A stretch of DNA of 64,000 nt, from contig CAZUPI010000007.1 of NCBI GenBank assembly GCA_964621755.1, forward strand, positions 7,016 to 71,015. The letters are read 5' to 3'. Origin of the DNA: an uncultured Ruminococcus sp. GTDB taxonomy: Bacteria; Bacillota; Clostridia; Oscillospirales; CAG-272. The position numbers and the translations under genes were made by a program. This document shows, in pieces, positions 44,890 through 53,484 of this stretch. Position 1 is the stretch's first letter. The number at the start of each line of letters is the position of its first letter. Under the pieces are notes generated by a model that worked only from the letters and a program-made list of their open reading frames with translations, had not been told where the DNA came from and did not search any database.

Positions 44890-47307
44890 ATGGATTTAAG
44901 AATCGCGCTTGCGGGGAATCCAAACTGTGGTAAGACCACATTGTTTAACGCGCTCACCGGTTCGAACCAGTTCGTCGGAAACTGGCCGGGCGTTACGGTT
45001 GAGAAAAAAGAAGGAAAATTGAAAAAGCATGACGGCGTTGTCATTACCGACCTGCCAGGCATTTACTCCCTTTCTCCCTACACCCTTGAGGAGGTTGTGG
45101 CGAGAAACTACTTGATCGGCGAGCGTCCGGATGCGATACTCAACATCATCGACGGTACAAACCTTGAGAGAAACTTGTACCTCACTACACAGCTTACGGA
45201 ACTTGGAATCCCGACGGTGGTTGCCATCAACATGATGGACGTTATCCGCAAAAACGGCGACAAAATCAACACGGAAGAGCTTTCCCGTCAGCTGGGCTGC
45301 AAGGTAGTTGAAATCTCCGCCCTCAAAGGGGACGGCATCATGGCGGCGGCTGAGGAAGCAATTAACGCCGCGAAAAATACCAAGACTGTTCCGCAGCACA
45401 CCTTTACAGGAGTAGTCGAGCATGCTATCGCCCACATTGAGGAAGCAGCTGTACATACTATGCCTGATGAACAGCAGAGATGGTACGCCATCAAGATTTT
45501 CGAGCGCGACGATAAGGTCCTTGAACAGCTGAAGCTGGATAAGACCATCCTTGAACATATCGAAAGGGATATCAAGGCAGCGGAAGAAGAGCTTGACGAC
45601 GACGCAGAATCTATCATTACCAACGAGCGTTACGTATATATTGCCTCTTTAATGAAGGCTTGCTACAAGAAAAAATCCGCCGGAACACTTTCGACCTCCG
45701 ATAAAATCGATAAAGTTGTCACCAATAGATGGGCAGCTCTTCCGATTTTCGCGGTAATTATGTTCCTTGTATACTATATTTCCGTCTCCACTGTCGGTAC
45801 CATCTTCACAGATTGGGCAAACGACGGCGTGTTCGGCGACGGTTGGCATTTGTTCTCGATTGGCAGCTCCGCTTATGACGACGCAATGACAGAGTATGCG
45901 ATTGATAACGTTTGGACGGATGAAATGAAGTCTATCGTGGACGCCGCTGCTGCTGCAGATGTAATCGGTGCCGAAGATATTCAGGGCGCGATTGAAGAGA
46001 AAGACTTCGGCGCGTTTGACGAGGCTTATGGCTCGTTTGCAGATTCTCTCGCAGAAAGAGGGTACGATATTTCGGAAATCTACGATGCGGCTCTTGGCGA
46101 TGACGCGGAAAATGTTCCGGACTCTGCTGACTACGGCGTTTGGGTTCCTGGTATTCCGGTGCTGGTTGAAAGCGGTCTGGAAGCTGTCGGTACACCGGAA
46201 TGGCTGAACAGCCTCCTGCTTGACGGTATCATCGGCGGTGTTGGTGCGGTTCTCGGCTTCGTTCCGCAGATGGTAGTTCTCTTTATCCTGTTGGCTTTCT
46301 TGGAAGCGTGCGGATATATGGCCCGTATCGCGTTCGTGATGGACAGAATCTTCCGTAAATTCGGTTTGTCCGGTAAATCCTTCATTCCGATGCTCATCGG
46401 AACCGGATGCGGCGTTCCTGGCGTCATGGCGTCCCGTACCATTGAAAATGAACGTGACCGCAGAATGACCATTATGACGACCACGTTTATCCCGTGCGGC
46501 GCAAAGCTCCCGATTATTGCACTTATTGCCTCTGCTTTGTTTCACGGTGCTTGGTGGGTTGCGCCCTCCGCTTACTTTGTCGGTATCGCGGCAATCGTAA
46601 TATCCGGTATCATGCTCAAGAAAACAAAGGTGTTTGCCGGAGACCCTGCGCCGTTTGTTATGGAGCTTCCCGCTTACCACTGGCCGACCTTCGGAAACAT
46701 CATGCGTTCCATGTGGGAGCGTGCGTCCTCCTTTATTAAGAAGGCTGGTACGATTATCCTTCTGTCCTCCATCATTATCTGGGCAGGTTCTTGCTTCGGC
46801 ATGATGGACGGTTCGTTCACCTTCAGCACAGAAATGGAACTGGAAGACAGCGTTCTCGGCATCATCGGCGGTGCGATATGCTGGATTTTCTCTCCTCTTG
46901 GCTTTGGCAACATCAAGGCGACTATCGCCACGATTATGGGTCTTGTTGCGAAGGAAGAAGTGGTCGGCGTGTTCGGCGTTCTCGATTTCGAGGGCTTGAG
47001 CAAGCTCGGGGCTTATTCGTTCCTCGTATTCAACCTCCTCTGCGCACCGTGCTTTGCGGCTATCGGCGCTATCAAACGTGAAATGAACAGCGCAAAGTGG
47101 ACGTGGTTTGCAATTGGTTATCAGTGCGGTTTCGCTTATGTCGTATCGCTGATGATTTATCAGATTGGCTCTGCTTTTACAGGAAACGTAAACATAATCG
47201 GTCTGATTGTAGCTATTCTGCTTTTGGCAGCTATGGTATATATGCTTGTTAAGCCTTACAAGGAAGCTACCAAGCTCACAGCAAACGTAAAAGTAACAGC
47301 GAAATAA
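44890..47307 (+). CDS. feoB: Ferrous iron transporter FeoB (805 aa, with an acidic insertion of about 130 aa after TM1)
   Basis: G-domain GNPNCGKTTLFN, DLPG and NMMD. Membrane-domain blocks are FLEACGYMARIAFVMDRIFRKFGLSGKSFIPMLIGTGCGVPGVMASRTI. Confidence 0.95.
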   Translation: MDLRIALAGNPNCGKTTLFNALTGSNQFVGNWPGVTVEKKEGKLKKHDGVVITDLPGIYSLSPYTLEEVVARNYLIGERPDAILNIIDGTNLERNLYLTTQLTELGIPTVVAINMMDVIRKNGDKINTEELSRQLGCKVVEISALKGDGIMAAAEEAINAAKNTKTVPQHTFTGVVEHAIAHIEEAAVHTMPDEQQRWYAIKIFERDDKVLEQLKLDKTILEHIERDIKAAEEELDDDAESIITNERYVYIASLMKACYKKKSAGTLSTSDKIDKVVTNRWAALPIFAVIMFLVYYISVSTVGTIFTDWANDGVFGDGWHLFSIGSSAYDDAMTEYAIDNVWTDEMKSIVDAAAAADVIGAEDIQGAIEEKDFGAFDEAYGSFADSLAERGYDISEIYDAALGDDAENVPDSADYGVWVPGIPVLVESGLEAVGTPEWLNSLLLDGIIGGVGAVLGFVPQMVVLFILLAFLEACGYMARIAFVMDRIFRKFGLSGKSFIPMLIGTGCGVPGVMASRTIENERDRRMTIMTTTFIPCGAKLPIIALIASALFHGAWWVAPSAYFVGIAAIVISGIMLKKTKVFAGDPAPFVMELPAYHWPTFGNIMRSMWERASSFIKKAGTIILLSSIIIWAGSCFGMMDGSFTFSTEMELEDSVLGIIGGAICWIFSPLGFGNIKATIATIMGLVAKEEVVGVFGVLDFEGLSKLGAYSFLVFNLLCAPCFAAIGAIKREMNSAKWTWFAIGYQCGFAYVVSLMIYQIGSAFTGNVNIIGLIVAILLLAAMVYMLVKPYKEATKLTANVKVTAK

Positions 47308-47325
47308 GTGAAAGGAGATGCCCGG

Positions 47326-47508
47326 ATGCTCACATGGGTTGCAGCTAACCTTGCTACTATTCTCATTTGCCTTGTTCTGATTGGAATTGTAGCGGCGATT
47401 ATCGTAAGTATAGTTAAGGGAAAGAAAAAAGGAAAATCCGCTTGCGGTTGCGGATGCGCAAGTTGTCCCATGAGCGGCTCGTGCAGCTCATCTCACAAGA
47501 AACATTAA
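47326..47508 (+). CDS. FeoB-associated Cys-rich small membrane protein
   Basis: The start was chosen at MLTWVAANL (AAGGAGA RBS). One TM, then KKKGKSACGCGCASCPMSGSCS. Confidence 0.8.
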   Translation: MLTWVAANLATILICLVLIGIVAAIIVSIVKGKKKGKSACGCGCASCPMSGSCSSSHKKH

Positions 47509-47530
47509 CCACAGCGTCAAAAAGAAAGGA

Positions 47531-47561
47531 TGCAAGGGGACGCACAAAAGTTACCCTTGCA
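47531..47561 (+). terminator. Hairpin after the feo operon
   Basis: TGCAAGGG...CCCTTGCA stem followed by moderately T-rich sequence. Confidence 0.45.
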
Positions 47562-47580
47562 CCCTTATCTTATACACATG

Positions 47581-47598
47581 AGTTAGCTAAAGCTAACT
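47581..47598. promoter_or_regulatory. 18-bp palindrome AGTTAGctaaagCTAACT upstream of the DUF2325 gene
   Basis: The palindrome extends to TGAGTTAGC-taaa-GCTAACTCA. It lies 22 nt upstream of the ATG at 47620, immediately 5' of an AAGGAGG RBS. Confidence 0.6.
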
Positions 47599-47619
47599 CA
47601 TCAAATCAAGGAGGAACAC

Positions 47620-47913
47620 ATGAGCGTAGTCATTATTGGAGGAAACGAGTGCATGACCCGGAGGTATGTGGAGTTATGCGCGGAATACAAGTGCAAGGCA
47701 AAGGTATATCCGAAGATGAACGCGGGCCTAAAGAACCTTGGCAAGCCTGACTTGCTCGTCCTATTCACCAACACGATGTCGCACAAGATGCTCCGCTTTG
47801 TTCTGAGCGAGACGAAGGGACGAGACATTCGGATTGCGCGCAGTCACACAAGTTCAGCAGCTGCGCTGAAAAACATTCTGCAGGAACACACGCGTGAGGT
47901 CTGTCCGGTGTAA
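47620..47913 (+). CDS. DUF2325 domain protein
   Basis: VVIIGGNE...KPDLLVLFTNTMSHKM...ARSHTSSAAALKNIL matches the DUF2325 pattern, which is often found next to feoB in Clostridia (from recall). Confidence 0.7.
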   Translation: MSVVIIGGNECMTRRYVELCAEYKCKAKVYPKMNAGLKNLGKPDLLVLFTNTMSHKMLRFVLSETKGRDIRIARSHTSSAAALKNILQEHTREVCPV

Positions 47914-47934
47914 TAATAAGAAGAGAATATGCGG

Positions 47935-47967
47935 ATGGGGGACACTTTTTCAAAAAGTGTCCCCCAT
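47935..47967. terminator. Bidirectional terminator between convergent genes
   Basis: ATGGGGGACACTTTTT-c-AAAAAGTGTCCCCCAT. Confidence 0.75.
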
Positions 47968-48013
47968 CGCGTCTCTATTACACTATTTTTCCATACAATT
48001 TGGTGACCATCCT

Positions 48014-48874
48014 TTATTCTGTTGTCGTAAAGTATGTTTCCATTTGTTCTCCGCCTCCTGTGACGACAATACGGTGGTCGCCGCTGTTGGTTCTGCTGCC
48101 AATTTTCCATGACCAGGAGATATTGCCGGATTCATCGGAGGTTTTGTCTTCCAAACCGGCTGCCGAACTTGCGGTGGTTGCATAATAGACGCTGATACTG
48201 TACTCGGTATATGGCTTTCCAATTGCGGTAAGAGTAGCAGTGTCGTTCCGACCGACTGGAGATGTCACGCTCACCAATTGAAGAATTTGCTCAGGTTCGG
48301 TGGCTGTTTCGAGATTCCATGATATGTCTGTGGATGCGGACGCTTCTGTATACTCCAGTTCAGGTTTCATCCAGTCTTCTTCTTCCGGATCCGGTTCGAT
48401 GATTTTCGGTTCCGGGACTTCCGGCTCCATCCAGTCTTCTTCGATTTTTTCTACAATCGGTTCATCGTATGTGATGAAGTCTTCCTGCGGGATTGTATCG
48501 GAAACGGTGTCCCATTCTCCCCAATCCCATGTCGGTTCTTCGGAGAAAGTGGCTTCCGATTCGACAATCGGATCTGGTGCAGATTCCGTTTCCAGAACGG
48601 TTATTGTAACATTTTCTGCGTCGCTTTCGTCCATTTCGGGGGCGAGCAGGGTTTCTATGGATTTCGTCTCGTCCGGTTTATATGTTTCTTCATTGTATGT
48701 GATTTCCTCGATTTCAGCCGACGGCAGCTGTGTTGTTTCGTCTGTTGTTTCGGACGTATCGGAATCGGCTGAATTGCTGAGTGCGGTTCCGAAAATTGAT
48801 CCGGCAACGAACACTCCAGCCACGGCTAAGATGGCTTTGGCGGGAGTGTTTTTCTTTTGCTTTTTCTTCGGCAT
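48014..48874 (-). CDS. Membrane-anchored, highly acidic hypothetical protein
   Basis: KKKQKK tail, TM AILAVAGVFVAGSIFGTAL, a D/E/T/P-rich disordered region of about 170 aa, and a small C-terminal beta domain. Confidence 0.6.
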   Translation of the reverse strand: MPKKKQKKNTPAKAILAVAGVFVAGSIFGTALSNSADSDTSETTDETTQLPSAEIEEITYNEETYKPDETKSIETLLAPEMDESDAENVTITVLETESAPDPIVESEATFSEEPTWDWGEWDTVSDTIPQEDFITYDEPIVEKIEEDWMEPEVPEPKIIEPDPEEEDWMKPELEYTEASASTDISWNLETATEPEQILQLVSVTSPVGRNDTATLTAIGKPYTEYSISVYYATTASSAAGLEDKTSDESGNISWSWKIGSRTNSGDHRIVVTGGGEQMETYFTTTE

Positions 48875-49068
48875 GATATTCTCCTTTCAATCATTGCTCT
48901 CCAACAAATTATATTAAAACATCTAATATTATCAAGAGGATGAATGCTATTAAAAGAAAACGCGAGCAGGCATATGAAATTGCCCTTTGCAGAAATTGAC
49001 AGGCCTTGATGCACGCTGTACAGCAGATAAAAAACCACAAGAAATGCGCTGATGTCATTTGTAAGTCT

Positions 49069-50463
49069 TTATTCTTCGTATAGCAGAGCATTTAGCCTCG
49101 TTGCGGCATCGGCAATGTCAAACGAGACAATCGACATCTTATTGTACCAAGCAAATTTATATGCATCGGTAAACGGAACGACATGCGTCTCGATTGTAAG
49201 CGTGTTTTTCTGAGACACGACCGACGTAACAAGCGACGTCATGGTAATCATATCAATGTTGGTGCTGACAATAGACGTGGTGTATTCGACCAATTCGAGT
49301 ATCTCGGACAGAGACTTTTCCTTTAGTATCGTCGATACGATTGTAGTTATCACGTCACGCTGCCGCTTTGTTCTGCCGAAGTCGTTGCCGATAGCCCGGT
49401 TACGTATATGTTTCATCACCTCGTCGGCATTGAGATGGCATACACCTGCAGTGAAGGTCTTGCCATAAGTGCTATTGTAATAATCAACCTCTTCCTGCGT
49501 AAGCGTTACATCGACGCCGCCGATGTGATCGATAAATTCGCACACACCATCCATGTCAACCACGATAAATCTCTGAATATCAAGATCGAACAGTTGGTTA
49601 ATGGTGTTGATGGCCAACCCTACTCCGCCAAAAATATATGCGGTATTCAGACGGTTCCAATCATATCCCTCAATCGGTACAAGCGAATCTCGCAGGAGCG
49701 AGACTAACTTCACCTCACCGCTTTTCTTATTGTAAGATACCACTATCATGGTATCACTTCGCCCGCGGTCGACCGTGACGTCACGCGAATCTGTGCCGAG
49801 CAGAAGAATATTTACTATATCGGTACTTTTCTGCTTTACCTCGTAAATGGGTATACCTTTATAAACGGATAGTTTGTTCGATGAATTGCTGTATGTCGTA
49901 GTCGGCAAAGTCGCGGACGGTTGAGTGTCTGTGGTGGGTGTATCGACCGGCTCCGTATCGACCGGCTCCGTATCGACCGGTTCTGTGTCGACCGGTTCTG
50001 TGTCGACCGGTTCTGCGTCGACCGGCTCCGTATCGACCGGTTCTGCGTCGACCGGTTCTGTGTCGACCGGTTCTGTATCGACCGGCTCCGTTTCAATTGA
50101 TTCCGCATCGTCACCCGGTTCATCATCGAGCTGTGGGTAGTCGGGCATAATATATGTATCCGGCCTTTTCACAATATCGACCGGCTCGTATGTAGCGTTG
50201 TACTGTTTTATAATAAACGCGGCCACAACGCCGATAAAAAACAAAAGCAGCACAGCGACAACAATCAATATGATCTTAATCCATTTTTTTTGTTTTTTCA
50301 TTTTCACCGTTTTCATTCCCCAATGTCTTTGGAGTCTCTTGCTAAAAAATTTATTTACAGTAATACGTCTTTCGTATATACTGAACTTGCCGCCAATTTC
50401 CCGTAGGCAGTTGACCAGCACCCGATAATCGGCCATGCTTTCGTTGAAAGACATTGATGACAT
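49069..50463 (-). CDS. LytR-CpsA-Psr (LCP) family cell-wall polymer transferase with an (EPVDT)n spacer
   Basis: VNILLLGTDSRD...RSDTMIVVSYN LCP core and TM WIKIILIVVAVLLLFFIGVVAAFII. The start is uncertain (alternative ATG at 50316). Confidence 0.8.
   Translation of the reverse strand: MSSMSFNESMADYRVLVNCLREIGGKFSIYERRITVNKFFSKRLQRHWGMKTVKMKKQKKWIKIILIVVAVLLLFFIGVVAAFIIKQYNATYEPVDIVKRPDTYIMPDYPQLDDEPGDDAESIETEPVDTEPVDTEPVDAEPVDTEPVDAEPVDTEPVDTEPVDTEPVDTEPVDTPTTDTQPSATLPTTTYSNSSNKLSVYKGIPIYEVKQKSTDIVNILLLGTDSRDVTVDRGRSDTMIVVSYNKKSGEVKLVSLLRDSLVPIEGYDWNRLNTAYIFGGVGLAINTINQLFDLDIQRFIVVDMDGVCEFIDHIGGVDVTLTQEEVDYYNSTYGKTFTAGVCHLNADEVMKHIRNRAIGNDFGRTKRQRDVITTIVSTILKEKSLSEILELVEYTTSIVSTNIDMITMTSLVTSVVSQKNTLTIETHVVPFTDAYKFAWYNKMSIVSFDIADAATRLNALLYEE
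49941..50090 (-). repeat. Ten tandem 15-bp coding repeats (EPVD[T/A] x10)
   Basis: Units TATCGACCGGCTCCG and TGTCGACCGGTTCTG, head to tail and in frame. Confidence 0.95.
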
Positions 50464-50643
50464 ATCTGATAAACATAATACAATAGCGTAATTATATCAC
50501 AAATGCCTAAAAAAAGTCAATATTTATGGGTTAATAATCAATTTTCGACAAAAGAAAAAAATATTGACAATTTGTATATAATATTTTGTTTCTTAGAAGA
50601 TAAAGTTTGTTTGAGTAACCCCTGTTTTTTGGAGACGACTCTA

Positions 50644-50672
50644 TTGACAAATAAAGGATGAAGTTTTATAAT
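50644..50672 (+). promoter_or_regulatory. Consensus promoter TTGACA-17-TATAAT upstream of the cobalamin riboswitch
   Basis: TTGACAaataaaggatgaagtttTATAAT. Confidence 0.7.
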
Positions 50673-50689
50673 ACTTGATGTAGATGACA

Positions 50690-50850
50690 ATTAAATATGA
50701 ATATTATATGGGAATTACGGTTTGAAAGGTTGTAGACTGAGTAGAATAAACGAAAAGCCGGTTCGAGTCCGGCACAACTGCCATTACTGTAATTAACCGT
50801 TCTTTTGTACTGTCGGTTATAAGTCAGAAAACGTCCTGATTCTCATTGGT
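50690..50850 (+). promoter_or_regulatory. Cobalamin (B12) riboswitch, somewhat atypical
   Basis: AAGCCGGTTCGAGTCCGGCACAACTGCCATTACTGTAA core and a B12-box-like AAGTCAGAAAACGTCCTG. It parallels the clearer minus-strand copy at 56631..56895. Confidence 0.55.
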
Positions 50851-51223
50851 TTTATACATTTCTGGGTATTTGAGGAGTGCAGCCATGCTTATCGTTTTTT
50901 AATAAGAAGCGGTAATATGGTTTAGCACTCTTTCTTTTTTGGAAAATGAATGCCTTGCTGCGTATCGTTCCGGGAAAAATATGGACATGCGACTGCTTTT
51001 TTGATTAGCGGAATCGGCGCGCTTGACGCGATTTCACTCACTGCATATGTGGTATATTGGCAGCTACAAGAAACTCGATTATGAACCGATTACTGCATCC
51101 GTAAATTCGGATTTGCCATCACGAAAAAGTGCTTGTCAACATTTTGCGCTCCAAGAAGAAGGGGCGATACACCATGATAATGGCACAGAACTCGGCTTAT
51201 ATCTTTTCTATGGGAGGTACATC

Positions 51224-52201
51224 ATGCTGACTTTGCTGAAATATCAAACTGTTGCGATACTTATCGGATTTATGATCGACTTTTTTGTCGGCGACCCGCA
51301 CTGTATCCTTCATCCGGTCTGCCTGATTGGCAATCTTATCACCGCTCTGGATCATAAATTGCGGAAAAAAATCAGCGAAAAGAGCGATTTTCGACGCGGT
51401 ATTCTGACTGCCGTCATCGTAACGTTCCTTTCTTCCGTCGTTCCCGCGTTGATTTTACTGGCCGCATGGCTTCTCCATCCACTCCTTTATCTGACGATCG
51501 ACAGCATGATGTGTGCACAGATTCTCGCCGCACGTCAGCTTTGCCGCGAAAGCCGCCTTGTGGAAAAATCGCTGAAGGCAGGCGACGTGGAAGGAGCGCG
51601 ACACAACGTTTCCATGATTGTTGGACGTGATACGGATGTTTTGGACGCCAACGGAATCTGCCGCGCCGCAGTTGAAACCGTAGCGGAAAACACTTCCGAC
51701 GGCGTTATCGCCCCTCTTTTCTGGATGGCTCTTTTGGGGGCGGTAGGCGGATTTTTCTATAAATCTGTCAATACCATGGATTCTATGCTTGGCTATAAAA
51801 ACGAGAAGTACCTCTACTTCGGACGCGCGGCTGCCAAACTTGATGATTTTGTCAACTATCTTCCCGCGCGGATTTCGGGCGTCGCTATGGTCCTCGCCTG
51901 TCCATTTTGCGGATGTGACCGGAAAAATGCCTGGAAAATCTTTCGACGCGATCGGTATAAACACGCAAGTCCAAACTCTGCACAAACAGAATCAGCCTGT
52001 GCGGGTGCGCTTCGGGTACGGCTTGCGGGAGATGCGCGTTACGGCGGCGTGTGGCATAAAAAAGAGTTCATCGGCGACCCCTTGCGTGAAATCGAATATG
52101 AGGATATCACGCGTGCCGGGCGGCTTATGTATGCGGCTACCGTTTTGGTGCTTCTTCTTCTGTTGATAATGCGAATTGCTGCGATAACGTTATGCTTATA
52201 A
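51224..52201 (+). CDS. cbiB: Adenosylcobinamide-phosphate synthase CbiB
   Basis: The start was chosen at MLTLLKYQ (GGGAGG RBS). FFVGDPHCILHPVCLIGNLI, MIVGRDT and ENTSDGVIAPLFW motifs. Confidence 0.85.
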   Translation: MLTLLKYQTVAILIGFMIDFFVGDPHCILHPVCLIGNLITALDHKLRKKISEKSDFRRGILTAVIVTFLSSVVPALILLAAWLLHPLLYLTIDSMMCAQILAARQLCRESRLVEKSLKAGDVEGARHNVSMIVGRDTDVLDANGICRAAVETVAENTSDGVIAPLFWMALLGAVGGFFYKSVNTMDSMLGYKNEKYLYFGRAAAKLDDFVNYLPARISGVAMVLACPFCGCDRKNAWKIFRRDRYKHASPNSAQTESACAGALRVRLAGDARYGGVWHKKEFIGDPLREIEYEDITRAGRLMYAATVLVLLLLLIMRIAAITLCL

Positions 52202-52358
52202 GTAAAAATATCCCCTTAGAGGGACAGCAGCTTCCATATGTTGCGATGAATGCCGCAGGATAGCTTTCTTATTTGAAAATTGCAGCATGATAATTGGCGG
52301 ACGACGCCAGACGTGCACTTGATATGGAATTGATTTATTGAAATTTTGAGGAGGGTAT

Positions 52359-52868
52359 ATGATTCATATTTATTGTGGCGACGGAAAGGGAAAGACCACC
52401 GCCGCTTGCGGATTGGCCGTTAGAGCTTCAGGATGTGGGATGAAGGTACTGTTTGCGCAGTTTTTCAAATGCGGGAATTCATCGGAAATCCTGCAAATGG
52501 AAAAGCTCGACCGCATTGATACTCTCCATTTCAACAAGCATCTCGGCCGGAATAAGAATGCCGATGAAAAAGGGAAAACAGAAACCAGTGACGCGTACTG
52601 CGAAATGATGGAACAAATATACGAAATTGCCGGAAACTACGATATGATAGTGCTGGATGAGGTGATTTTGGCCTATAACTATGGTGTGCTGGACAGTCAA
52701 GAGGTGCTTTCCTTCCTGCATGATTTTAGGGATACTCATGAAATTGTGCTGACCGGACGGAATCCCGCTCAAGCGATGTTGGATCTTGCCGATTATGTCA
52801 CGGAAATGAAAAAAATCAAGCATCCTTATGACCACGGCATCACTGCTCGACGGGGAATCGAATACTGA
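52359..52868 (+). CDS. cobO: Cob(I)yrinic acid a,c-diamide / corrinoid adenosyltransferase (CobO/BtuR type)
   Basis: IHIYCGDGKGKTTAACGLAVRA P-loop, ILDEV, and the KHPYDHGITARRGIEY C-terminus. Confidence 0.85.
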   Translation: MIHIYCGDGKGKTTAACGLAVRASGCGMKVLFAQFFKCGNSSEILQMEKLDRIDTLHFNKHLGRNKNADEKGKTETSDAYCEMMEQIYEIAGNYDMIVLDEVILAYNYGVLDSQEVLSFLHDFRDTHEIVLTGRNPAQAMLDLADYVTEMKKIKHPYDHGITARRGIEY

Positions 52869-52876
52869 AAGAAAAA

Positions 52877-52910
52877 ATAGGGGAGACGATTTGAAAAACA
52901 TCTCCCCTAT
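52877..52910. terminator. Bidirectional terminator between the convergent cobalamin operons
   Basis: ATAGGGGAGA-cgatttgaaaaaca-TCTCCCCTAT, flanked by A6 and T5 runs. Confidence 0.8.
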
Positions 52911-52913
52911 TTT

Positions 52914-53483
52914 TTACCCAATTTCTTCATACGTCATCTTTTCCAAATCCACGCTGTATCCTCGACCGGGCTTGGGCTGCCATTCATAGCGGTTTTTATT
53001 TTTCTGAGGAAATAGCTTTGCCATAACTGCGGCAATGACACCGCCATGCGTGAGAATCAGTGTGTCACGTCCCGTTTGCATGATTTGCTCAACGGCATTC
53101 AGCACACGCGCTTTCATAAGATTGCCGCTTTCACCGCCCGGTGCGACGTTTTCTTCGTTATCACCTGTAATCCACTTTATATAATCGGGGGCTTCTTTCA
53201 ATTCCTCATAAGAATGCATCTCGAACACACCAAAGTCCATTTCTGCGAGGGCAGGGAGAACTTCATGCTCCCTCTTACCGTACAGAATGAATAATGTTTG
53301 CTCGCAGCGCTTCATGCCGCTGGAAACAATCCGAAAACCTTCCACGCTGGGATAGGAGACCGACTCTTTTAGCGCGTTCAATTCGGCAATTCCGTTTTCT
53401 GAAAGCTCCTCATCGGTCGCACCGCAATAGAGATGTCGTTCGTTGGCATTTGTTTTGCCATGTCGTATTAAAATAATTTTCAT
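52914..53483 (-). CDS. cobC: Alpha-ribazole phosphatase (histidine phosphatase family)
   Basis: IILIRHGKTNAN RHG motif and a THGGVI second His. Operon context with cobS, cobU and cobT. Confidence 0.8.
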   Translation of the reverse strand: MKIILIRHGKTNANERHLYCGATDEELSENGIAELNALKESVSYPSVEGFRIVSSGMKRCEQTLFILYGKREHEVLPALAEMDFGVFEMHSYEELKEAPDYIKWITGDNEENVAPGGESGNLMKARVLNAVEQIMQTGRDTLILTHGGVIAAVMAKLFPQKNKNRYEWQPKPGRGYSVDLEKMTYEEIG

Positions 53484-53484
53484 C

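Noticed and set aside
49941-50090. Regular 15-bp repeat array that could be mistaken for a CRISPR-like array
   Set aside because: There are no spacers: the units are directly head to tail. The period is far too short, and the array is in frame within the LCP gene, encoding EPVDT repeats. No cas genes are in the window.
51023-51223. N-terminal 67-codon extension of cbiB suggested by the ORF track (TTG start at 51023)
   Set aside because: The extension has no similarity to the CbiB N-terminus. ATG at 51224 has a GGGAGG RBS and gives the expected MLTLL...DFFVGDPHCILHPV start.
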